Shown here piece by piece: positions 17,054 to 24,276 of a stretch of 32,000 bases of DNA; position 1 is the first letter of the stretch, and every line of letters starts with the position of its first letter. The notes below the pieces were generated by a model. The model had not been told where the DNA came from, did no database searches, and saw only the letters and a program-made list of their open reading frames with translations. This DNA is from Bdellovibrionales bacterium. Lineage in GTDB: Bacteria; Bdellovibrionota; Bdellovibrionia; Bdellovibrionales; UBA1609. Where the stretch lies: positions 990,001 through 1,022,000 of the forward strand of contig OY843585.1 of the NCBI GenBank assembly GCA_963692945.1. Direction: 5' to 3'. The position numbers and the translations under genes were made by a program.

Positions 17054-17065
17054 CCCCCCCCCCCC
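17054..17065. repeat. Poly-C homopolymer (12 C) in a divergent intergenic region
   Basis: ggttca-cccccccccccc-gattttt, about 70 nt upstream of ATG 17136 and about 260 nt upstream of the DarT-macro start. It stands out in a roughly 30% GC sequence. Confidence 0.9.
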
Positions 17066-17135
17066 GATTTTTCGTTTGATTTTTTTAATAACTATGTACA
17101 AAATCTGATTTAGATCTTTAAAAAAGGAGAGAGTT

Positions 17136-17780
17136 ATGAAATTTATGTATAGTTTAAAAATTTTTATTTTATCTGTTTTTATATTGCCTCATTTTTTTGT
17201 TTATGGAAACAGTGATGAATCTAAAGAAATTGAAACATTTAATGTAGTAAAGGAACGGATTTATCAAACACTAAAGTATGGTGATGTAAAAGAATTTGAG
17301 AAAGTGATAAGTGAGAACTCAGACTTGCTTTCTAAAGATCATATAAAACTTTTGTTACAAGAGTTTGTAGAGAGTGACGAGTTTTTAAAATTAACTATTG
17401 ATGACAGAGCAAATTCTCCTACAGGTAGGGGTCTCTATACTACAACAGCAAATGCTATAGCAGCTTTTTATGGTATAGGAGCTTTCGCAGTTGTTAGCAC
17501 TGTATTTAGTCCTTATATTGATTTTGAAGGTTTTTTAGGAATGTCAGGATATTTAGCGGATCTTTCAGAAGTAGGTGTTCTAGTTATGCTAACCTTGGTA
17601 CCAATATACAACAATTCATCACTACATACATTCCTCAAAAGAGCATTTATAGATAGAAATGTTTTACCAAAGCTATCATCAGATATAGAAAGGATATCAC
17701 ATATAAATCAGTTTAAAAAAGTAAAAGATTTTTACAAAGACAAAAGACAAAAATGTAAAGCCGTTTTTTCTTCGTCTTAA
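17136..17780 (+). CDS. Hypothetical exported/membrane protein (214 aa)
   Basis: ATG preceded by AAGGAGAGAG. Signal peptide MKFMYSLKIFILSVFILPHFFVYG|NS. Two central hydrophobic helices (AIAAFYGIGAFAVVSTVF, VGVLVMLTLVPIY). C-terminus is ...KRQKCKAVFSSS. Confidence 0.7.
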   Translation: MKFMYSLKIFILSVFILPHFFVYGNSDESKEIETFNVVKERIYQTLKYGDVKEFEKVISENSDLLSKDHIKLLLQEFVESDEFLKLTIDDRANSPTGRGLYTTTANAIAAFYGIGAFAVVSTVFSPYIDFEGFLGMSGYLADLSEVGVLVMLTLVPIYNNSSLHTFLKRAFIDRNVLPKLSSDIERISHINQFKKVKDFYKDKRQKCKAVFSSS

Positions 17781-17802
17781 TGATTTACTTTTTTTTAGTA
17801 CT

Positions 17803-18109
17803 CAATATTTGTTAAAGTGAATTTTTTTGTTCCAGCTAATAAAGGTTCCATTACATTGCGAACAACTTTTTGAGGGCTTATATCTTCATACCCATGAAGT
17901 CGTCCACATTGAAAGCAAATAGATTGTCCTGTTTCACGGTGAACAAAGTACCGATAGAGTCCTTGATGAGTGTTTGCTGTTGGCATTGTTAAACCCGGCA
18001 CATCAGCAAAAGAAATAGAAAATCTCTCTTCCCAAATATGAGAGAGTTTTTTCCTAAACTATCTAAAGCTTGGCTGATACCTAAAACAAAATGTCTTTCT
18101 GGAGATTGA
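17803..18109 (-). pseudogene. Internal fragment of the purine nucleoside phosphorylase gene (duplicate of 19803-20116)
   Basis: About 307 nt aligns by eye with 19803-20116, with scattered substitutions, a 1-nt deletion (ttttttcctaaac vs ttttttccctaaac) and a 6-nt deletion. The track ORF 17795..18001 is the open part of this fragment. Confidence 0.85.
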
Positions 18110-18130
18110 TTGGAGCAGTTATAAAAAAAA

Positions 18131-18148
18131 GGAAGCCTATAGGCTTCC
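18131..18148 (-). terminator. Rho-independent terminator downstream of deoC
   Basis: The palindrome ggaagcctataggcttcc is flanked by a 9-A run on + (a T-run on the - strand) and by ttttt on the other side. It lies 42 nt after the deoC stop. Confidence 0.75.
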
Positions 18149-18189
18149 TTTTTAAAATCAATATTTTATTGAAAAAGTGAATTGTTTTT

Positions 18190-19032
18190 TTATCTTTTAC
18201 TTACAATTTCATCTCTCTCTTCTACAACTGGTACTCCAGCACTTAAACCTAAACGATTGGCTCCATTTACAAGCATATCTGATGCTGTTTGAAGATCTTT
18301 CATTCCTCCGCTGGCTTTGATTTCCATATGGTCAGAAATACTGGCTCTCATGAGTCGTACATTTCTTACAGTAGCTACTCCTTCAGAAAAACCAGTTGAG
18401 GTTTTTACAAAATGAGCTCCAGCTGTTTCTACGATTTGTGAAGCAGTAACAATTTCTTCTTCAGTCAATAATCCTGTCTCTAATATAACCTTAACTGGAA
18501 GTGGAGTTGCTTCTACGACGGCACGAATGTCTTTTTCCGTGTATTCAAAATCTCTATCTTTAATAGAACCTACATTGATAACCATATCTAATTCGTCTGC
18601 TCCTTTTTTATAAGCATCTTTTGCTTCAGCCACTTTACTAGCTGTAGTAGGAGAACCTGTTGGGAATCCTATCACTGTAGCAATGAGAGGTTTATGTTTG
18701 TTTTCTGACACTTTGTCTAGCATGTTTTTTACAAGAGGAACGCGACAAGGGCTTACACAAACTGCTTTAAATTTGTGGAGTAAAGCTCCATCAACAAGAT
18801 TTTCAACATCTTGTCTAGTAGATTGAGGTTTAAGGACAGTTTGATCCATAGTATCTTCAATATTGTTTATGACTGTATCTTTTTTTATATTTGCTTGTTT
18901 TGGCTCTGTTTTATCTACAGCTCTTATAATTTTTTGAGCATCGGCTTCAAAGGTTTTTTTACAAAATTTACTAGCTTGAACGGCAGGGGTTAAGACAATA
19001 AGGCCTCCCCATAAAAATAAAGTTGTTTTCAT
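18190..19032 (-). CDS. deoC: Deoxyribose-phosphate aldolase with an N-terminal export leader
   Basis: DeoC core: DQTVLKPQSTRQDVENL, AVCVSP, TVIGFPTGS, ELDMVINVG, VKVILETGLL, FVKTSTGF, IKASGG. The ATG is preceded by AAGGAGA. About 60 extra N-terminal residues: MKTTLFLWGGLIVLTPAVQA|SKFCKKTFEAD... Confidence 0.9.
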   Translation of the reverse strand: MKTTLFLWGGLIVLTPAVQASKFCKKTFEADAQKIIRAVDKTEPKQANIKKDTVINNIEDTMDQTVLKPQSTRQDVENLVDGALLHKFKAVCVSPCRVPLVKNMLDKVSENKHKPLIATVIGFPTGSPTTASKVAEAKDAYKKGADELDMVINVGSIKDRDFEYTEKDIRAVVEATPLPVKVILETGLLTEEEIVTASQIVETAGAHFVKTSTGFSEGVATVRNVRLMRASISDHMEIKASGGMKDLQTASDMLVNGANRLGLSAGVPVVEERDEIVSKR

Positions 19033-19296
19033 AATTTTCTCCTTATATTTATTTTTTATGTGAAGGTTATACTCTTTAGTTTTTAAAAAATCAAGAAAAA
19101 AATAAGTTTTTGAGGAAAGTTCTAGAAAATGATTAAACTATAGTGTTTAGGCTATTTTTTCTCTGAATTGAGTCATAATAAGAAAGACTAATAACTTCTT
19201 TATCCCAAGTTTTTGCATTATCTTTTTTTGTTTTCTTTTATATAAAATTTAATTTTTTAAAGTATTTCTTTATTTAAGCCATACAATTAGTTTAAT

Positions 19297-20322
19297 TTAG
19301 TGAGTATTAAATTCTTTATTACAGAAACATAAAAAACCTTGAAGCATTTTTTCACTATGTATTTTAACATGCTTTAACATGTCTTCATCTTTTATTTCTG
19401 AACCTTTTAAGCCACTTCCAGGGTTAGAGATCATAGAAAAACCTGTTACTTCGGCTCCAGCATGTTTTAAAGCAATGGCTTCCCAAACTGTGGACATACC
19501 TACAACATCTAATCCCCATTGAGCAAAAAGTTTTATTTCTGCTGGAGTTTCTAAATTAGGACCAGGAACGCAAATATAAGTTCCTTCTTGGACATGAACT
19601 CCTGCCATTTGAAGTTCATTTATAATTTTATTTCGTGTGTTCTCACTGTAAATTTTTTCCATATGTGGGAATCGATCTCCTAAAGGTTCTCCATTATGAT
19701 CAGTGGGGTTGGGTCCAGTTAGAGGACTTTTTCCTGTAAAATTAACATGATCTTTTAAAGCAATGATAGTTCCTATAGAAAGGTCTGATCTTAATCCTCC
19801 TCCAATATTTGTTAAAGTGAATTTTTTTGTCCCAGCTAATAAAGGTTCCATCACATTGCGAACAACTTTTTGAGGACTTATATCTTCATACCCATGAAGT
19901 CGTCCACATTGAAAACAAATAGATTTTTCTGTTTCACGGTGAACAAAGTATCGGTAGAGTCCTTGATGAGTGTTTGCTGTTGGCATTGTTAAGCCCGGCA
20001 CATCAGAAAAAGAAATAGAAAATCTTTCTTCCCAAATATGAGAGAGTTTTTTCCCTAAACTATCTAAAGCTTGGCTGATACCTGAACCTAAAACAAAATG
20101 TCTTTCTGGAGATTGAATTTTATGTTTTTTATATTGTTCTTTTAAAAAATCTGCACCTGTTTGTGATGTAAAGGAATTTTTACATGTATTTGGAATTCTA
20201 TCTATAGGTTTTGCATTTACAAATGTTGAAAAAGAAATAAAACTAAGAATGCAATATAAATAAAAAAAATTTATCTTAAGCCTTTTTATTCTTTTGAAAA
20301 ATTCTATTATTGGTTTTATCAT
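19297..20322 (-). CDS. punA: Purine nucleoside phosphorylase (trimeric PunA/PNP family) with an N-terminal export leader
   Basis: Family motifs: VLGSGIS, GRLHGYED, TNIGGGL, GPNLETPAE, VGMSTVWE. About 50 extra N-terminal residues with a hydrophobic core, then ...STFVNA|KPIDRIPNTCKNSFTSQ. Confidence 0.88.
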   Translation of the reverse strand: MIKPIIEFFKRIKRLKINFFYLYCILSFISFSTFVNAKPIDRIPNTCKNSFTSQTGADFLKEQYKKHKIQSPERHFVLGSGISQALDSLGKKLSHIWEERFSISFSDVPGLTMPTANTHQGLYRYFVHRETEKSICFQCGRLHGYEDISPQKVVRNVMEPLLAGTKKFTLTNIGGGLRSDLSIGTIIALKDHVNFTGKSPLTGPNPTDHNGEPLGDRFPHMEKIYSENTRNKIINELQMAGVHVQEGTYICVPGPNLETPAEIKLFAQWGLDVVGMSTVWEAIALKHAGAEVTGFSMISNPGSGLKGSEIKDEDMLKHVKIHSEKMLQGFLCFCNKEFNTH

Positions 20323-20650
20323 ATCATCTCTAGATTTTATAATTTCTTACAAGGTTCTTTATGAGGAAAAAGATTTTCATATATTTGACTTTTAGAAGTT
20401 CCAAGCGATAAGAGTGGAAATAGGAATATACAGATTAAAAAAGTCTTAAAATTAAAGAGCGACATTACGAAGAATTTGACCAAAAAATAGGCAAAAAATC
20501 AAGAATAAATTGCAAAATAGGGAGTTTTTTTCAGAAATATTCAAAAAATTGATTATTTTTTAAGAAGAATCACATGAGCTTAATTGTAAAAAAAGAAAAC
20601 TATTTTTTTTTGAGGGTTTTTTTAAAATCCATTTTTTCGTTTTGTGAAAT

Positions 20651-22066
20651 CTATAAAACAGTTTCAATAAGTTTAGGTATTTCTTTAGGGGAGGATTTAG
20701 AAAAACCAATAGCTTGTATGAAAAATTCTTCAGCTTCTTTAAGAGAGGATTTTTTACTATAGTAAAAAATAGCAAGAGGATGTCCTTTCTTTACATAATC
20801 TCCTAAACGGACATTCATTTCTATACCCACATTATGATTTATAACATCTTCTTTTTGTAATCGTCCGGCACCTAAGAGAACAGAGGCCATACCTATATTT
20901 GTAGTGTTCATGCTACCGATATATCCATCTTGAGGAGCAAGAATTTGACGTTTGGTTGAAGAGTTTTTTGGCAACTTGAGTTGACAAGTCCCTTGAGCTT
21001 TACACATTTTTTCAAATAATTCAAAAGCCAATCCACTTTCTAAACTGCTTTCAGCCATAGCGTAACCATGTCTAAAAGTTTTAACTTTATTTGTTATGTG
21101 AAGCATACGAGCTGTTAACTGTAAACTGAGTTCTTTTGTGCTGTTGTAATAATCTGCATGTTCAGCAGGAATTTCATTTTTTAAGATAGTTAAAACTTCT
21201 TGGACTTCTAAAGAATTTCCAATAAATCGTCCAAGAGGTTGATCCATATTAGTAATAAGACCAAGAAATTTAACATCATTGTATTCAGCAATATGTTTTA
21301 ATTCCTCTGCAAGTTGAATAGCATCTTGTTTGGTTTTCATAAAACCACCAGAACCAAATTTCACATCCATTACAAGAGCATCTAATCCTTCAGAAAGTTT
21401 TTTACTCATAATACTTGCTGCAATAAGAGGTTGAGAACTTACTGTTGCTGTTACATCTCTTAAAGCATAAATTTTCTTATCTGCAGGGGCTATGTTTTCA
21501 GTTTGCCCAGCTATAAAAACTCCAATTTCTTTTATTTGTTTTTTCATTTCTTTTTCAGAAAGATTGATATTAAATCCTGGCAAGCTTTCTAACTTATCTA
21601 AAGTTCCACCTGTGTGACCTAACCCTCTTCCAGAAATCATAGGAACTGCAACGCCACAGGATGCACAAAGTGGTGCTAAAATTAAAGAGACTTTATCTCC
21701 AACACCTCCTGTACTGTGTTTATCAACAATGGGTATATTAAGGTCTTTAAAATTTAAAACTTTTCCAGATTGAGTCATGGCTTTTGTGAGAAAACCTGTT
21801 TCTTCTCTAGAAAGTCCATTCAAACGAACAGACATAGCCCAAGCAGACATTTGGTAGTCAGGAATTTTTCCTTTAGTGAAAGCTTGAACAATATAAGAAA
21901 TCTCTTCTGCACTATGAGATTTTCCTAAGGCTTTATTGTCAATCAATTGTACCATATCAAAGGTTTTTTTACTGGCAAAAGTATCTGAACAAGGACTCGC
22001 AAAAGAAACAGAGCTTAAAAAAGAGATTAAAGGAATCCATCCAATATATTTTAATAACAACTTCAC
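20651..22066 (-). CDS. deoA: Thymidine / pyrimidine-nucleoside phosphorylase with an N-terminal export leader
   Basis: Family motifs: IPDYQMSAWAM, DKHSTGGVGDKVSLILAPL, SGRGLGHTGGTLDKLE. The track start at 22132 is a TTG with no RBS. GTG at 22066 follows AAGGAG-TGAA and gives MKLLLKYIGWIPLISFLSSVSFA|SPCSDTFASK. Confidence 0.85.
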   Translation of the reverse strand: MKLLLKYIGWIPLISFLSSVSFASPCSDTFASKKTFDMVQLIDNKALGKSHSAEEISYIVQAFTKGKIPDYQMSAWAMSVRLNGLSREETGFLTKAMTQSGKVLNFKDLNIPIVDKHSTGGVGDKVSLILAPLCASCGVAVPMISGRGLGHTGGTLDKLESLPGFNINLSEKEMKKQIKEIGVFIAGQTENIAPADKKIYALRDVTATVSSQPLIAASIMSKKLSEGLDALVMDVKFGSGGFMKTKQDAIQLAEELKHIAEYNDVKFLGLITNMDQPLGRFIGNSLEVQEVLTILKNEIPAEHADYYNSTKELSLQLTARMLHITNKVKTFRHGYAMAESSLESGLAFELFEKMCKAQGTCQLKLPKNSSTKRQILAPQDGYIGSMNTTNIGMASVLLGAGRLQKEDVINHNVGIEMNVRLGDYVKKGHPLAIFYYSKKSSLKEAEEFFIQAIGFSKSSPKEIPKLIETVL

Positions 22067-22109
22067 TTCACTCCTTGAATAACCATAAAAAAACGTAACC
22101 AATGTGTAC

Positions 22110-22200
22110 AATAAAAAAACTTTAAAAATCAATAAAAAACTCTAAAAATCAATAAAAAACTCTAAAAATTAATAAAAAACTCTAAAAATCAATAAAAAAC
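22110..22200. repeat. 20-bp tandem repeat, about 4.5 copies, in the divergent deoA / mutase promoter region
   Basis: The unit aataaaaaactctaaaaatc is repeated head to tail (22110-22130 is a 21-nt variant, then 22131, 22151 and 22171 start full units, and 22191 starts a partial one). Confidence 0.85.
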
Positions 22201-22258
22201 ATTTACTTTTAAGTTGTTTTTTTGTAATGATTTATTTTTATTGTAGGGAAATTTAGTA

Positions 22259-23758
22259 ATGTTTAGTAAAAAATCTTTATTTGTATTAGGGCTTATTTGT
22301 TTTTCTTATTTGTCTTATTCAAATTCCTGTTTAGATACATTTAAAAATAAAGACGAAAAAAAAGTTGTTAATCTTGATATTTTTAAAGGTAATGATATTA
22401 GAGGGGTTTTTTCAAAAGATTTTGATTCTGATTTTGCTAAAGATCTAGGGAAATCTATTGTATCTTTTTCTTCAAATGAATTATCTATTTCTAATCCAAA
22501 AATTTTAATAGGTTATGATGCTAGATTGAGTAGTCCTGAATTAACAAAAGCTCTTTCAGAGACTTTACTTAAACAAGGTGCTACTGTATCTGTGGTTGGA
22601 CTTATTCCTACTCCTTTAGCTTATTTTTTACTTCATCATTATGACTATACGGCTACAGTGATTGTAACTGCTAGCCATAACCCTGTTGAATACAATGGAT
22701 TTAAAATTATGTTTAATAATAAATATGACAGATTTAATGTTATATCAGATATAAAGGATATTTTTAAAAATAAAGACTTTTTACCAAATGAAGACTCTGG
22801 CGAAATGGTGAAATTAGATCCTTATACTCCTTATATTAATTCTTTAAAAAAGGAATTTCCTAATTTAAAGCCTATTCCTTTTGTGGTGGATGCAGGAAAT
22901 GGGTCTGCAGGGCTTTTGGCAAAAAAAGCATTTAAAGCTTTAGGTCTTAACCCTCACTATCTTTTTACAGAGCCTGATGGGACTTTTCCTAATCATCATC
23001 CTGATCCTACAAAGGAATCAAATTTAAAAGACCTTAAACAGAGAGTAGCAGAAACTGAAAGTGTTTTTGGAGTAGGGTTTGATGGAGATGGAGATAGATT
23101 AGGTATTGTAACTTCAAAAAATAAATTTATTCAATCGGATGAATTTGCTTATATGTTTTTACCAACTCTTTTGGGCGATCCTAAAAATTCTAAAACCCTC
23201 ATAGCGGATGTTAAAGTTTCAAACTGGTATTTTGAAAAAGCTCAAGAGATGAATGCTAATGTCATTACATCTAGAACAGGGTATAGTTTTTTAAGGGAAA
23301 ATATGAGTAAAAATAAGGCTTCATTGGCTATGGAGTTGAGTGGACATATTATGTTTAATGATCGTCCTAATAGGGGATTTGACGATGCTCTTTATAATAT
23401 TTTACGATTTATAGAGTTAATAGGAGATAAAAAAGGATCTATAGAAAGTCTTTTGCCTAAAGTAAACACTGTAAAAACTAATGAAATAAGAATCAAATTA
23501 AATTTAAAAGATATTAAAAAATCTTTAGATTATTTAAAAACTCATTTAGATACAACCAAAGAATCTTATCTAGATATAGATGGAATACGAGTTACAAGAG
23601 GCGATTCTTGGTTTTTAGTTCGTCATTCTCAAACAGAAAATGTATTAAATCTTCGTTTTGAATCTTCATCTGAAAAAAAGGTTTTAAATTTGATTGAAGA
23701 GATTTCTAAAATTATGAACATCAAAATTCCTAAAGAAGAAATAGACATCTATCATTAA
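22259..23758 (+). CDS. Alpha-D-phosphohexomutase family protein (PMM/PGM type; candidate phosphopentomutase) with an N-terminal export leader
   Basis: Active-site loop TASHNPVEYNGFK, metal loop GFDGDGDR, and IFKGNDIRG near the domain start. About 35 extra N-terminal residues: MFSKKSLFVLGLICFSYLSYS|NSCLDTFKNK. Confidence 0.88.
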   Translation: MFSKKSLFVLGLICFSYLSYSNSCLDTFKNKDEKKVVNLDIFKGNDIRGVFSKDFDSDFAKDLGKSIVSFSSNELSISNPKILIGYDARLSSPELTKALSETLLKQGATVSVVGLIPTPLAYFLLHHYDYTATVIVTASHNPVEYNGFKIMFNNKYDRFNVISDIKDIFKNKDFLPNEDSGEMVKLDPYTPYINSLKKEFPNLKPIPFVVDAGNGSAGLLAKKAFKALGLNPHYLFTEPDGTFPNHHPDPTKESNLKDLKQRVAETESVFGVGFDGDGDRLGIVTSKNKFIQSDEFAYMFLPTLLGDPKNSKTLIADVKVSNWYFEKAQEMNANVITSRTGYSFLRENMSKNKASLAMELSGHIMFNDRPNRGFDDALYNILRFIELIGDKKGSIESLLPKVNTVKTNEIRIKLNLKDIKKSLDYLKTHLDTTKESYLDIDGIRVTRGDSWFLVRHSQTENVLNLRFESSSEKKVLNLIEEISKIMNIKIPKEEIDIYH

Positions 23759-23778
23759 TTACAAAACTCTCGTTCTTC

Positions 23779-23845
23779 CCCCTCCTTGTTTTCTGACCTT
23801 TCATCGTAAGAGGGACACTCTTCAAGTTCAGAAAACAAGGAGGGG
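23779..23845. repeat. Long hairpin element (18-bp perfect stem, 31-nt loop) just after the mutase stop
   Basis: cccctccttgttttctga (23779-23796) pairs with tcagaaaacaaggagggg (23828-23845). No T-run follows. A related copy lies inverted at 28767-28839. Confidence 0.85.
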
Positions 23846-23861
23846 ATATTCCTAGAGAAAA

Positions 23862-24276
23862 ACTACGGTTTTTCGCATGGGTAAGTTCTTCAAATCTCGT
23901 TAAAATAAGAGTTACTAACAGATTATGTTTGAACTAGAGAAAAACTACGGTTTTTCGCATGGGTAAGTTCTTCAAATCTCGTGAAAATAAAAGATTTAAA
24001 CATAGAGAAAACCTACTGGTTTTCGCAAACGGTTTTTCGTATGGATGATCTATTCAAATCTCGTTAAAATAAGAGTTACTAACAGGTTATGTTTGAACTA
24101 GAGTTTTATTATTTGAACTAGAGAAAAATTTCTGTTTTTCGCAAACGGTTTTTCGTATGGATGATCTATTCAAATCTCGTTAAAATAAGAGTTACTAACA
24201 GATTATGTTTGAACTAGAGTTTTATTATTTGAACTAGAGAAAAACTTCTGTTTTTCGCAACTCTGGTTTTTGTAGA
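23862..24276. repeat. Degenerate tandem repeat array (units of 72, 68, 116 and 116 nt plus a partial), each with a GAAAAAC-N4-GTTTTTC mini-hairpin
   Basis: Units begin ctagagaaaaac at 23862, 23934, 24002 (variant), 24118 and 24234. They share the core ...ggtttttcg..ttcaaatctcgttaaaataagagttactaacag.ttatgtttgaa. Confidence 0.8.

Noticed and set aside
14691-17135. Calling the tRNA-Gly / DarT-macro region a genomic island or integrated element.
   Set aside because: There is no integrase, transposase or 3'-tRNA direct repeat in the window. Only the accessory-type gene content and the odd 5'-tRNA repeats are observable.
17795-18001. 68-aa ORF as an independent gene.
   Set aside because: It is the open portion of a duplicated, indel-bearing internal fragment of the PNP gene, and it lies beyond the deoC terminator.
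22067-22132. Track start of deoA at 22132 and of trhO at 30052.
   Set aside because: Both are TTG codons without an RBS. For deoA, a GTG at 22066 follows AAGGAG and gives a normal signal peptide. For trhO, ATG 30016 matches the family N-terminus.
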